64,000 bases of DNA, taken from positions 1,408,001-1,472,000 of the forward strand of contig CAWJCS010000006.1 in assembly GCA_963841435.1 (NCBI GenBank). Reading direction: 5' to 3'. The notes under the pieces were generated by a model. That model was not told where the DNA came from and did no database searches. It saw only the letters and a list, made by a program, of their open reading frames with translations. Numbering within the stretch: position 1 is the first letter of the stretch; the number at the start of each line of letters is the position of its first letter. Position numbers and translations under genes: made by a program. This document shows positions 1 to 9,718 of the stretch, one piece after another. The DNA comes from an uncultured delta proteobacterium. Lineage in GTDB: Bacteria; Myxococcota_A; Polyangia; Polyangiales; Polyangiaceae.

Positions 1-2
1 AC

Positions 3-3000
3 GAGATCGTCCCGCGCCTCTCGGCGCTCCTCGAGGAGCGCGCCCGTTTCACCGAGCTCTGCGACCTCTGGGAGGCGCAGGGCAAGACGCGTCGCGAAAC
101 GTCGCCCGACCAGGCCGCCGACCTGTTCGCGCGCGCCGCGGTGCTTGCCGAGTCGCGCCTCGAGGACGCAAAGCGCGCCTTTGCCGACTACGTGCGCGGT
201 GCCGAGCTCGGCAGCGAAGCCGCGCTCGAGGCGCTCGCACGCATCCACGAGGCGCGCGAGAACCACGCCGAGGCCGCCGAGGTGCTCGCGCGCCTGACGG
301 CGATGTCCTCACCGGAGACGCTCGGGGGGCGCGCGCTCCGGCTCGCGGCCGCTCACACCGCGCTCGAAGACCCCGACAGCGCTCGCGCCTGCCTCGAGCA
401 AGCCCTTCCGATCGCCTCCGAGACGGCAAGCCTCAGGAAGCGTCTCGCGGAGCTCTACCGCGAGGGTCACGACTTCACGGGCCTGGCGGCGCTGCTGACC
501 GAAGAGGCGAATCTCGCAGAAGATCCCGACAAAAAGCTCGGCTACCTGCGCGAGGCGGCCGACCTGCACCAGCGCGAGCGCCGCGATCCCGCCTCCGCGG
601 TGCCGCTGCTCGAGCAGGCCGTGGCGCTCCACCGCGACGACGCCGTGCTCAGGGTCTCGCTCGCGCTCGCGCTCGATGCCGCCGGGCGGCACGGCGATGC
701 GGCCAACGTGCTGAAGGAGCAGATCGAGAGCTACGGCGCGCGACGACCGAAGGACCGCGCGCAGGTTCACTACGAGCTGGCGCGCGTGCTGCTCAAGGCG
801 GGCGCCGAGGCCGAGGCCCTCGCCGAGCTCGACGCCGCCTCGCGCATCGATCCGACCCATCCTGGCATCACGCAGCTTCTCGCGAGTGTCGCGTTCCGTC
901 AGGGCGATCTCGATCGCGCGGAGCGCATGTATCGCGCTCTCCTGCTCACCGCGGGCAAGGACGCGACGGGCCCGGGCCGGACGGACGCCCTCGTCGCCCT
1001 CGGCGAGATCGCGGGGCGGCGCGGAGATCAGGGCCGGGCCGCCGAGTTCTTGGAGTCGGCCTTCGAATCGGCGCTCGAGAACCCGCGCGAGGCCGAGCTT
1101 CTCGAGTCCGCGCTGCGCAGCGCCGGCAAGAAGGAGGAGCTCGCGCGCCTGCTCGAAGCACGGCTCGCACAGGGCCTGCGCCCCGAGCAGACGGCGCTCG
1201 TGGTCGGCGAGCTCGTCGAGCTCCTGTTCGAAGCGGGGCGCATGTCGGCTGCCGAAGCGCTCCACCCGCGTGTCCGCGCGGCCCTCGAGGAGCTCGGCCA
1301 GGCGGGTTGTCTCGACGATGACGTGTGGGCGGCGCTCGGCCGCGCGTTCGAGCTGCTCGACGACTCCGCGGCCGCGGCGACGGTGCTCGAGCACCGGGTG
1401 AGCCTCGGCGCCCGTTCGAGTCGGCCCCCCGCCGATGCGGAGCTCTTCTACCGTCTCGCGACGGCGCGCCTGTCCGATCCCAAGACGCGCCTGCAAGGCG
1501 TGGGTTTGCTCGAACGGGCGATGGACCTGAGGCTCGATCTCGAGCGCGCACAAGAGCTCTTGGCGGCCGATCTCGGCGACGTTTCGCGCGAGCCACGCGT
1601 TCTCGCGCTGCGCGAGCGCATCGCCCGTGCGAGCGGCGACAAGCACGCGCTCGTCGCCGCGCTGGCGGCCCGCGCCGGCGCGCCGGGGGCTCGCCTGCCC
1701 GTCGTGCGCGAGGGCATCGAAATTGCCCGTGAAATCGGCGACGTGGCGCTCATCGACACGCTCGCCAGGGCCGCTCTCGACAACGACGACATCGAGCTTT
1801 CGGCCGAGGAGCGCGGCTGGCTCAAGCTCGAGCTAGCGAGGGTGCGTGAGGCTGCCGGCGACGCCGAGGGGGCCATGACCTTGCGCGAGGAGGCCGCCTC
1901 CGAGCTGCCGGAGAGCGAAGGGCGCGATCTTCTGCTCGAGGTTGCCGGAGCCGCCGAGCGCGCGGGGGACGATGCGCGCGCCGCGAAGCTGTACGCGAAG
2001 GTGCTCGCCGAGGACTCGAGCGAGCAGCGGGCGTTCGTCCCGCTGCTCGGCGTGTACGAGCGGCTCGGACAGCGCGACGCTTGGCTCTCGCTCGTCGAGC
2101 AGGCGATTGGCGCCGTCGTGAGCGTGACGGAGCGCTCGGCGCTGCGCCTCCGGCAGGCGCGCGCGCTCGCCGCGAAGAAGAGCGGCGTGAAGCGCGCCAT
2201 CGACGTGCTCGGCGACCTCCTGCTCGACGAACCGGGCCACCGCGAGGCCTTCGACTTGCTCTCGGAGCTGCTCGAGCGGGCCGGTCGGTTCGTCGAGCTC
2301 GCCGAGCACATGGCGCGCGAGCTCGACGGCGCCTTCGAGCGCAACGAGACGGCCGCCATCGCCGAGCTCGCGCCGCGCCTGATCGCGGCCTACGAGCAGG
2401 CCGGCGCCGCCCGCGAAGCCGCCGACGTCTGCGCCCGCGCGCTCGACGTGATGAAGGACGACCGCGAGCTCGTGCGCTTGCTGCTCAGGCTCGCGGAAGC
2501 GACGGGCGAGGTCGATCGCATCGCCGACGCGCTCGAACGGCTGCTCACGGTCGAGCGCGGTCCCGCGGCGGGGGGCATCGGTCGGCGTCTCGCCACGCTG
2601 CGCGAGGCCCAGGGCGACGCCGCGGGCGCTCAGCGAGCGCTCGAGCTCGCCCACCTCGCCAATCCCACCGACGAAGAGATCCAGAAGGCGCTGTTCGGCC
2701 AGCTCGAAGCGAGCGGCGACGCCGGGCGGCTGTCGGAGCTGCTCGAACAGGCGCTCGAGCGCTCTCCCGGCGACCGGGAGCTCCTTTCGCGCTGGGCGGC
2801 CCTGGAGCTTCAGCAGGGAAACCACGACAAGCTCACCGTGGCGCTTGGCCGGCTGCTCGAGGGGACCCCCGACGATGTCGAGCTCCTCAAGCGCCGTGCG
2901 GCGGCGCTCGCCGAGCTCGAGCGCAAGGACGAGGCACTCGAGGATCTCCGACGTGCCGCGGCCCTGGACCCGACCGCGACGCCGGAGCTCGTCGAAGCGC

Positions 3001-4067
3001 TCGAGCAAGCCGTGCTGAGGGCCAATCCACCTCGCGACAGCCAGCTCGCCCTCGAGCTCGTCGATCTGTTCGAGGCGAGCGGTGATCTCGAGAGCGCGCG
3101 GGCGCGCCTCGCCGACTTCCTCATGGAAAAACCCGAGGATCTCGTCGGTTTCCGCCGGCTCGCCGCGCTCGACCAGAAGCTCGGCAACGCCGCGGAGGCG
3201 CTCATCACGCTCGAGCGTCTCGTGGCGCTCGAGACGGGCAGCGGCCTCGTCAACGTGGCGCTCGCGCTGGCCGAGGCGGCCGAAAAGGCGGGGCAGCCCG
3301 AGCTCGCGCGGCCGGCGCTCGAGCGCGCCTTCGAGGCCGAGCCCGAGCAGGAGGCCGTGCGGCAGCGGCTCGAGGCGCTTTATCAGACGCTCGGCGCGTT
3401 CCGTGAGCTCGGCGAGCTGGTGTTGCAGCAGGCGGCGCTCGTCGAGGACCCCCAGACGCGGCTCGACCTCGTGCTGCGTGCGGCCGAGGCGCTGTTGATG
3501 CCCGACGCCGACGTCGCGACCGCCATCAAGGTGCTCGAGGTGGCCCGCGAGGAATCGCCAGCGAGCGTCGAAGCCGCAACGCTCCTCGCTCGCGCCTATG
3601 CCGCGGGAGGCAGCCCGGAGCGCGGCCTCGAGGTGTTGAAGGGCGTCGCCCAGGCCAACCGCGGCCGCCGCACCAAAGCCATCGCTCAGGTTTATCAGCA
3701 GATCGCCGCCATCCATCTCGAGGAGGGCTTCTTGAGTGACGCCCTCGAGGCGCTCTCGAAGGCCTTCGAATCCGACTCGAAGAACGCGCACCTGGCCCTC
3801 GAGGTCGGCAAGCTCGCGCTCGAGACGGAGGAAAGCGATGCCGCGCAGCGCGCGTTCCGCGCCGTCACCATCATGCGCGCGCCGGGCCCCGAGGGTTCGG
3901 GGGGAGCCACGCCCGAGGAGAAGGCGGAGGCGAACTATCAGCTCGCCGTGCTCGCCCACAAGGGCGGCGACACGCGCAAGGCCCGCGTCCTCGTGTCCAA
4001 GGCGCTCGCCGACAACGGCGCGCACGAGCAAGCTCGCAGCCTGCTCGGCGAGCTCGATCGGCGCTGA
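3..4067 (+). CDS. Very large TPR-repeat protein (myxobacterial AgmK-like), 5'-partial
   Basis: Frame is open from base 3, so the gene starts before the window. Continuous Ala/Leu/Glu-rich TPR helices (e.g. AQVHYELARVLLKAG..EALAELDAASRIDP). Confidence 0.85.
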   Translation, partial: EIVPRLSALLEERARFTELCDLWEAQGKTRRETSPDQAADLFARAAVLAESRLEDAKRAFADYVRGAELGSEAALEALARIHEARENHAEAAEVLARLTAMSSPETLGGRALRLAAAHTALEDPDSARACLEQALPIASETASLRKRLAELYREGHDFTGLAALLTEEANLAEDPDKKLGYLREAADLHQRERRDPASAVPLLEQAVALHRDDAVLRVSLALALDAAGRHGDAANVLKEQIESYGARRPKDRAQVHYELARVLLKAGAEAEALAELDAASRIDPTHPGITQLLASVAFRQGDLDRAERMYRALLLTAGKDATGPGRTDALVALGEIAGRRGDQGRAAEFLESAFESALENPREAELLESALRSAGKKEELARLLEARLAQGLRPEQTALVVGELVELLFEAGRMSAAEALHPRVRAALEELGQAGCLDDDVWAALGRAFELLDDSAAAATVLEHRVSLGARSSRPPADAELFYRLATARLSDPKTRLQGVGLLERAMDLRLDLERAQELLAADLGDVSREPRVLALRERIARASGDKHALVAALAARAGAPGARLPVVREGIEIAREIGDVALIDTLARAALDNDDIELSAEERGWLKLELARVREAAGDAEGAMTLREEAASELPESEGRDLLLEVAGAAERAGDDARAAKLYAKVLAEDSSEQRAFVPLLGVYERLGQRDAWLSLVEQAIGAVVSVTERSALRLRQARALAAKKSGVKRAIDVLGDLLLDEPGHREAFDLLSELLERAGRFVELAEHMARELDGAFERNETAAIAELAPRLIAAYEQAGAAREAADVCARALDVMKDDRELVRLLLRLAEATGEVDRIADALERLLTVERGPAAGGIGRRLATLREAQGDAAGAQRALELAHLANPTDEEIQKALFGQLEASGDAGRLSELLEQALERSPGDRELLSRWAALELQQGNHDKLTVALGRLLEGTPDDVELLKRRAAALAELERKDEALEDLRRAAALDPTATPELVEALEQAVLRANPPRDSQLALELVDLFEASGDLESARARLADFLMEKPEDLVGFRRLAALDQKLGNAAEALITLERLVALETGSGLVNVALALAEAAEKAGQPELARPALERAFEAEPEQEAVRQRLEALYQTLGAFRELGELVLQQAALVEDPQTRLDLVLRAAEALLMPDADVATAIKVLEVAREESPASVEAATLLARAYAAGGSPERGLEVLKGVAQANRGRRTKAIAQVYQQIAAIHLEEGFLSDALEALSKAFESDSKNAHLALEVGKLALETEESDAAQRAFRAVTIMRAPGPEGSGGATPEEKAEANYQLAVLAHKGGDTRKARVLVSKALADNGAHEQARSLLGELDRR

Positions 4068-4119
4068 GCGCTCGCGAGGCTCGCCAACGACGGGATTTCG
4101 TGAAATCCTCCCGCGACCC

Positions 4120-4401
4120 ATGGCGCGACGCGAGAAGCGACTCACGAAGAAGGAACGAAAAGCAATGGCTCCGGGCGAGCACCAGCACGACCACGAGCAT
4201 CGCCACATCCACTGCATCGCCTGCGGTCGCCATCTGGATCCGGCGGAGTTCGAGAGCGACCCCCCGTCCGCGCTCGAGATCACCTGTCAGCACGGTTCGC
4301 GCTTTCCGTCGTGCGCCGCGTGCGAGGTCGAGGCCCGGGCGCGCGTCGCCGAGCACGACCGCACGGGGAAGCCGCCGCAGGTTGCCGGCGCCTGGCACTG
4401 A
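4120..4401 (+). CDS. Small His/Cys-rich putative zinc-binding protein (93 aa)
   Basis: ATG at 4120; MARREKRLTKKERK, HQHDHEHRHIH, CIAC, CQH, CAAC. Confidence 0.7.
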   Translation: MARREKRLTKKERKAMAPGEHQHDHEHRHIHCIACGRHLDPAEFESDPPSALEITCQHGSRFPSCAACEVEARARVAEHDRTGKPPQVAGAWH

Positions 4402-4407
4402 AGAGGG

Positions 4408-5892
4408 TCAGTCTTCGTCGGCGGCGTGGCCGTCGAGATGCAGCATGGCGCCGACCCAGCCCGAGAGGTAGGTGTCGGTCGCGCCACCGGCGATGACGCA
4501 ACGACTCGCGCCTGCGCAATCGGGCTTGCCGTTGAAGTCGAAGCCGTATTGCAGCACATCCACGCCGCCGACGATGCTCAGGAAACCGAGCATCTGATAG
4601 CCGCCCATGACGCCGAAATCGAGGCCGCTGCCCGTCGCGCCCGGGAACCACACGCCGTCGAGATCGATCTCTTTGAGGGATTGCAAAAAGCGGGGTGCCA
4701 CGTGCCCGCCCAGCTTGATCTTGCCGAATTGCAGGCGAATATCGATGCCGGGGCGGATGAACGTGTACTTCGCGTCGGGGACGAGCGCGTAGGGCTTGGG
4801 TGGCGCGTAGACCTCGTCCCCCTTCAGGATGAAGGAGTGCGCGCCGTACTCCATGAACACGCCGAGCTCGTGCTTGCCGAGTGGAAAGCGTCCGCGCAGG
4901 CCCACCTGGTACGTCAACGACGAGGTGTTGAGGCCCGTCGTGAACGTCTGGCCGGTCGCCGTCGTCTCTTGGTACGAGGTGGCCGTGGCGATGCCGAACT
5001 CGTAGCGACCCTGGATGCCGATGTGCGACCAAGCGTCGTTGCGGAAGAACGCGATCGGGTAGAGGCGCAGGCTCGCGATGACCGCCGGGCCGAGCGGCAG
5101 CGAATAAGGGTGCAATTCGGGGCTGCGCGCGTCGGTGTACTTGAAGTTCCGATTGTAGCCGCGTAGCCCCACAATCAGCTCGAGCGGCCGGAGGCCGGGT
5201 CCCGTGCTCGCCGAGGAGCCGCTCGCCTCGTCGCTCGAGGAGGACGAATCCGAGTCACCGCTTTCCTCGTCCTCTTCGTCCTCGTCCTCGTCCTTGGCCA
5301 CGAGCTCACCGTCGACGAGCTCCGGCTCTTCTTCCTCGACGAGCTTCTTCTTGCCTTTTTTGCCCCCGGTCGCCGCGGCGCCGGCGCCTGCCGCAACGGG
5401 CACGGCGCCACCCTTGGGAGCCGACGGATCCTTCGCGCGGGCGATGGGATCCGCGATCGAGATCTCGAACTCGTTGTCGACCGCCTTGAGCAGCCCGAAC
5501 GAGCCGCCGCCGCCCTTGATCTCGACCGCGTCAACGCGCTCACCCTTGCCGCCGTAGACCGTGACCGTGAGGTTGTGGCGGCGTGAGATGACGCCGACCA
5601 GGATCGCGTTGGCGCCCATGGCGGTGGCCATCTTCGCGTAGCTCTTCTGCGAGCCGCCCGCCTTGATGTCTTCGGCGTCGGTGACGACGTAGCCGCCGCT
5701 CTTCCGAAGCACTTCGAGCACCTTCTGGCGCACCTTCTTCGACCCCGGGCCGGAAAAGCTCCCGACGGCGACGGAGACCTTTTCCTGCGACGCGGCGTAC
5801 GCCGGGCGGGGCACGAGCACGCTCGGGGCAATGCCCAGGGCAATGGCGGCGCACAATGTGAGCGCCCTTCGGGAGACGGGGCCGATGGACAA
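4408..5892 (-). CDS. Exported protein: N-terminal alpha/beta domain, acidic linker, C-terminal probable outer-membrane beta-barrel
   Basis: Signal peptide ending AYA; D/E/S-rich linker; alternating amphipathic strands with Gly and aromatic residues. Start uncertain (TTG 5892). Confidence 0.7.
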   Translation of the reverse strand: MSIGPVSRRALTLCAAIALGIAPSVLVPRPAYAASQEKVSVAVGSFSGPGSKKVRQKVLEVLRKSGGYVVTDAEDIKAGGSQKSYAKMATAMGANAILVGVISRRHNLTVTVYGGKGERVDAVEIKGGGGSFGLLKAVDNEFEISIADPIARAKDPSAPKGGAVPVAAGAGAAATGGKKGKKKLVEEEEPELVDGELVAKDEDEDEEDEESGDSDSSSSSDEASGSSASTGPGLRPLELIVGLRGYNRNFKYTDARSPELHPYSLPLGPAVIASLRLYPIAFFRNDAWSHIGIQGRYEFGIATATSYQETTATGQTFTTGLNTSSLTYQVGLRGRFPLGKHELGVFMEYGAHSFILKGDEVYAPPKPYALVPDAKYTFIRPGIDIRLQFGKIKLGGHVAPRFLQSLKEIDLDGVWFPGATGSGLDFGVMGGYQMLGFLSIVGGVDVLQYGFDFNGKPDCAGASRCVIAGGATDTYLSGWVGAMLHLDGHAADED

Positions 5893-5915
5893 GGGCTGGT
5901 TCTCGAAGGACCGTT

Positions 5916-6605
5916 TTACTGCGCTGCGGCCAGAGACTGAAAGAAATCTAGGAAGCACTGGCGCCGCTGCCCGTTGGCATCCCAGCCGAGGTTGACTGAG
6001 TTGCCCGGGCTGAGCGGCATGTCGTCACCGCAGCCCGCGGTCGCCCCGGGGGTGAGCTTCTTCACCACCCAGCTGTTCGCGAAGTTCTGCGGATCGATGA
6101 GCAACTCGCCAGGAGGGCAGATCGTAGCAATCTCGGTCGCGTCGCAGGCCCTGTAGAGCACGCCGGGTGGGGAGCAGTTGATGTCGCCGTGCGTGGCCGG
6201 GATGCCCACCATCTGAGCCGCGATGGCGTTCGGATCCTTCAGGATGAGGTTGGCGTAGTGATCGACCGCGTTGTGGCAGCCCTGGCGCGCGCAGTTCTGG
6301 CTCAGGGCATCGGTGATGTCTACGTCACACGAAGCAGGCGTCACCACCATGCCCGTTCCCGCCGTGCCGGCCGTCCCGCCGGTCGCGTCACCCGCGGTGC
6401 CAGCCGTGCCGCTCGTGCCGGCGCCCACGCCCGTGCCGCTCGACCCACCGGCCGACGCACCGCCGGCGAAGTAGGGGTTCTCGAGATCGGCGCCGCCGGG
6501 GCAGCCGCTCAAAAGGAGCGAACCGGCCAGGCTCAGCACCGGAATAGCCATCTTTCTTGCCACCCCCACGAGGCGCCTGGCGAACATCAACTTCCTATCG
6601 TTCAT
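5916..6605 (-). CDS. Cys-rich lipoprotein with CX4CH motif (paralog A), possible c-type cytochrome
   Basis: Lipobox LLSGC, Gly/Thr linker, CARQGCH, distal DDMP; clear paralog of 9794-10438. Confidence 0.7.
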   Translation of the reverse strand: MNDRKLMFARRLVGVARKMAIPVLSLAGSLLLSGCPGGADLENPYFAGGASAGGSSGTGVGAGTSGTAGTAGDATGGTAGTAGTGMVVTPASCDVDITDALSQNCARQGCHNAVDHYANLILKDPNAIAAQMVGIPATHGDINCSPPGVLYRACDATEIATICPPGELLIDPQNFANSWVVKKLTPGATAGCGDDMPLSPGNSVNLGWDANGQRRQCFLDFFQSLAAAQ

Positions 6606-6616
6606 GGGCACGAGGG

Positions 6617-7063
6617 GAGATGGTAGCATCCGAGAAACGCTCCTCCAGGGAAATCCAGGTAAACTCCGGCAGGTTGTAGACGATGCACCGCTTCGAACGC
6701 GACGAGCTTAAGACACTCACGAAGAGTAGCTTCGCGCGTGACCTTTCGATCCGTTTTCAGGATGTGGACGCTGCCGGCATAATTTTTTACCCCCGGGTGC
6801 TGGAGCTCTGTGGAGCTCTGTCATGATGTCTATGTCGAGTTTCTCGCGGCGGCCGGGTCACCTTTACCTGGAGCCCTGCGCGGTCCATGGATCGCCCCGA
6901 TCCGCCACGCTGAAGCCGACTATTTCCGACCGTTGCGCTTCGGCGATCGAGTCAACGTCGCCATCGTGCAGACGCACCTCGCGCCGGCCGACGAGCCCAG
7001 CGAATTGACGCTCGGCTACTGCATCGCCAGGCTCGATGGCGGCGTCGCCCAAAGCGTCCACAC
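6617..7063 (+). repeat. Direct repeat copy 1 (~450 bp), about 95% identical to 9273-9718
   Basis: Aligned by eye: about 22 substitutions, one 10-bp tandem duplication (tggagctctg) and one 9-bp deletion. Confidence 0.95.
6683..7063 (+). pseudogene. Hot-dog thioesterase pseudogene (frameshifted, 3'-truncated copy of 9339-9797)
   Basis: Same ATG context as 9339; the 10-bp duplication at about 6801-6820 shifts the frame; homology ends at 7063. Confidence 0.9.
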
Positions 7064-7447
7064 GTCCGCTGCGGGAACCGCCCGGCCCAGTCGCTATCGA
7101 CTGCGTCGCCCGAGGGTCGCCCGCGTGGCACTCTTCGTCGTCCCCGGCGCGGAGCGCGCCGTCGGCGCGCCTCGAAGGTCGCCGGTCCTGACTGTCCGCA
7201 TCGCATCCATGGCTGCTCGCTCTGCGCGAGGCGATGGAACCTCCGCACGCCCGGCGATGATCAAACGACGCACCAAAGGCCTACGCATGCCGGACATGAT
7301 CCCGGCGACGATACCTCTGATCCAGGGCGATGCAAGGTCCTTTCGCCGAAGAGTCTCGCTCGCTCAGGAAATGGCGTGACGGGGTTCGCGCCCAGGCGTA
7401 TCTGAGGAGCAGACGCCGGAGGGACACCGGCGCAGGAGGTTGGGTGC

Positions 7448-7936
7448 ATGAGAACTATCAGCCAGCGGGTGATCGGAGTATTTCTAGGCGTTGCCGGGGT
7501 GTGTGCGTACTCTCTCGTTGCTGCCGCGTCGGACGACGAGGTCGCGCATGGAAGCATGTGTGCGCCTGACGAATACACGCTCGACGGAGGGACGTGGCTC
7601 CCCTCCTTCAATGGCCTGGAAGTGACCCCGGGTTCATCGACCGCTGGGGTCGTCTGCCCGATTGTTCGGGACAACTTGACGAGTGGAATCACCACCGTAT
7701 GGGTGCGTCTGGACCCGAGCACGGATGACGTTGGATGCGACCTAATGTCGCTTTCGTCGGATGGGTACTTGGGCGGCTACGACGACACGGGCGTTGGGTA
7801 CACGAGCGGGTCGTCACCGCAGAGCATCACGCTCAGCGGTTCGGGTCTCTCCAACTACACCAACGGTTCGTACGTTGTGTTGTGCGGCAGCGATGCCGGG
7901 TTCAGCGTGCTCAGCGTGCGCTGGCAGGAACCGTAG
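7448..7936 (+). CDS. Secreted beta-rich protein with four Cys in the mature part
   Basis: AGGAGG RBS, signal peptide ending VAAA, motif VVCPIVRD; AT-richer codon usage than the flanks. Confidence 0.8.
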   Translation: MRTISQRVIGVFLGVAGVCAYSLVAAASDDEVAHGSMCAPDEYTLDGGTWLPSFNGLEVTPGSSTAGVVCPIVRDNLTSGITTVWVRLDPSTDDVGCDLMSLSSDGYLGGYDDTGVGYTSGSSPQSITLSGSGLSNYTNGSYVVLCGSDAGFSVLSVRWQEP

Positions 7937-7956
7937 TCCCTTCGTCCGGTCGAGCT

Positions 7957-7997
7957 GCTCCACCGCCCCGGGCTCCGTGCCCGTGAAGCGGTGGAGC
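7957..7997 (+). other. Intergenic GC-rich stem-loop
   Basis: gctccaccgc ... gcggtggagc with inner cgggc/gcccg stem; no U tract. Confidence 0.55.
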
Positions 7998-8038
7998 GCC
8001 CCGGCCGCCACCGCGCTGCCTCTGCCTGGAGTGCTAGA

Positions 8039-8746
8039 ATGCTGATCTCCGGTCGTCGCATAGTCGTTGGTGGCGTCGCGACAATAGTGGTCGTGGGAGC
8101 GGTGATCTCGTGGAGGAAGACGAGGGTGGACCGCGACTTGAGGAAGCCAACGGCCGGGTCCGTCGAAGCGCAGCGGCTGGAGCGTGACCTGGAGAAACTT
8201 CGGCGGGAGGTGCGGACAATGACGCGCCTTCAGCTCGTGGCGACAGCCCAGTCGCCGATACCGTCCGGCCAGAGTTCCGATGGGGTCGAGGTGCCGATTC
8301 CGGTAGAGGAAGAAGCAGCGAGCAGCGAGGAGCCGGCGGGGGGTGCGGTTGACAGTGCGGATGACGAGACGCTCACGCAGAGGCAACGGGAACGAACTCG
8401 CCGACGCGCAGAATTCTTGAAGCAGAAGCATGCCCTGGAAGTCAGGGATCCGGAGTGGGCGTCCGACACCGAAGATGCCCTGCAAGCCGCCGTCGTAGGG
8501 CTCCGGGAGCGGGACAAATCGTCAGCGCGCCTTGTGCTCGGGGACTGTCAATCAACGATGTGCGTCGTCAACGTTGACACGGCGGCCGCTGAGCCTCAGG
8601 GCCGGGTTCCCATGGCGCTTGGCAGATTGGGCTTCCGAACGTTCGGGAGCGCGGACATCGACGATGGGACGGGAGAGATTCACTGGACAATCTTTGTGCA
8701 ACGCCCCGGTTTTCCACTGCCCACACCGCCCGACTCCAACCCCTAG
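8039..8746 (+). CDS. Membrane-anchored hypothetical protein (N-terminal TM, coiled coil, C-terminal E.RDPEWA...CxxxxC domain)
   Basis: ATG 8039; hydrophobic IVVGGVATIVVVGAVI; CQSTMC. Confidence 0.7.
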   Translation: MLISGRRIVVGGVATIVVVGAVISWRKTRVDRDLRKPTAGSVEAQRLERDLEKLRREVRTMTRLQLVATAQSPIPSGQSSDGVEVPIPVEEEAASSEEPAGGAVDSADDETLTQRQRERTRRRAEFLKQKHALEVRDPEWASDTEDALQAAVVGLRERDKSSARLVLGDCQSTMCVVNVDTAAAEPQGRVPMALGRLGFRTFGSADIDDGTGEIHWTIFVQRPGFPLPTPPDSNP

Positions 8747-8806
8747 AACCCAAGAGAGCAACACCGCGTTCTGAGACATGGCCGGGTCGAGCCCTGGAGG
8801 CCCGTG

Positions 8807-9231
8807 GAGCAGCGTCATCCAGCCGGTGTCAACCTGCAGCTCCTCGCCCGGCTTACCATCGACGACCGGCAGCGTGACCGCGCGCCGTCCGAAGCCAAGC
8901 TCGACGGCCGCGAAGCGATGCAGCGTCGAGTACGGAACGGCGACCCCTGGCGCTGCAGCAATCGCCGCACTTTCGACAGCCGGACGCCGTCGCTGAGCTT
9001 CTGCTCGAGGAACGGCCGCTGCTCGACGCACGCTCGCCAAGCCTCGCCGTGCTCGCGTGGCGACGCGCCACTGAGCTCCGTCATGACGGCGGCCAGCGCC
9101 TCGTCGGTAAGCGATGCAGCGCCGCCCGCGAGCGCGAGCCCGCACGCTTCCGCCGCGCGCACGTACCGCCGCACCGTCTTTGGATCCAACCCGACGCGAG
9201 CCGCGATCCGTTTCTTGCCAGCCCCAGACAA
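8807..9231 (-). mobile_element. istA: IS21-family transposase (IstA) remnant, truncated at both ends and frameshifted near 8945
   Basis: HTH GKKRIAARVGLDPKTVRRY; second frame gives VPYSTLHRF...PGEELQVDTG (IstA motif PGExxQVD). No istB and no terminal repeats seen. Confidence 0.85.
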
Positions 9232-9272
9232 GCTACACGGAACGCGGACGTGCTGTTCCAGGCAGGTAAACA

Positions 9273-9718
9273 GAGACGGTAGCATCCGAGAAACGCTCCT
9301 CCAGGGAAATCCAGGTAAACTCCGGCAGGTTGTAGACGATGCACCGCTTCGAACGCGACGAGCTTAAGGCACTCACGAAGAGTAGCTTCGCGCGTGACCT
9401 TTCGATCCGTTTTCAGGATGTGGACGCTGCCGGCATAATTTTTTACCCCCGGGTGTTGGAGCTCTGCCATGACGTGTATGTCGAGTTTCTCGCGGCGTCC
9501 GGGTCACCTTTACCTGAAGCCCTGCGCGGCCCGTGGATCGCCCCTATCCGCCACGCTGAAGCCGACTATTTCCGACCCTTGCGCTTCGGCGATCGGGTGA
9601 CCGTCGCCATCGTCCAGACGCACCTCGCTCCGGCCGACGAGCCCAGCGAAGTGACAATCGGCTACTGCATTGCCAAGCTCGATGGCGACGTTGCCTGCGT
9701 CGCCCAAAGCGTCCACAC
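9273..9718 (+). repeat. Direct repeat copy 2
   Basis: Matches 6617-7063 at an offset of about 2656. Confidence 0.95.

Noticed and set aside
1833-4283. Long antisense and alternate-frame ORFs (also 30435-33329, 17954-19807, 47574-49760 and many others)
   Set aside because: Arg/Ala/Pro-rich shadow ORFs typical of very high GC DNA, overlapping well-supported genes.
7064-7447. Coding potential at the left end of the islet
   Set aside because: No frame shows a recognisable motif or convincing codon bias.
8807-9231. Active IS21 element as the cause of the duplication
   Set aside because: Only an internal frameshifted fragment remains, with no ends or istB, and IS21 target duplications are a few bp, not about 450.
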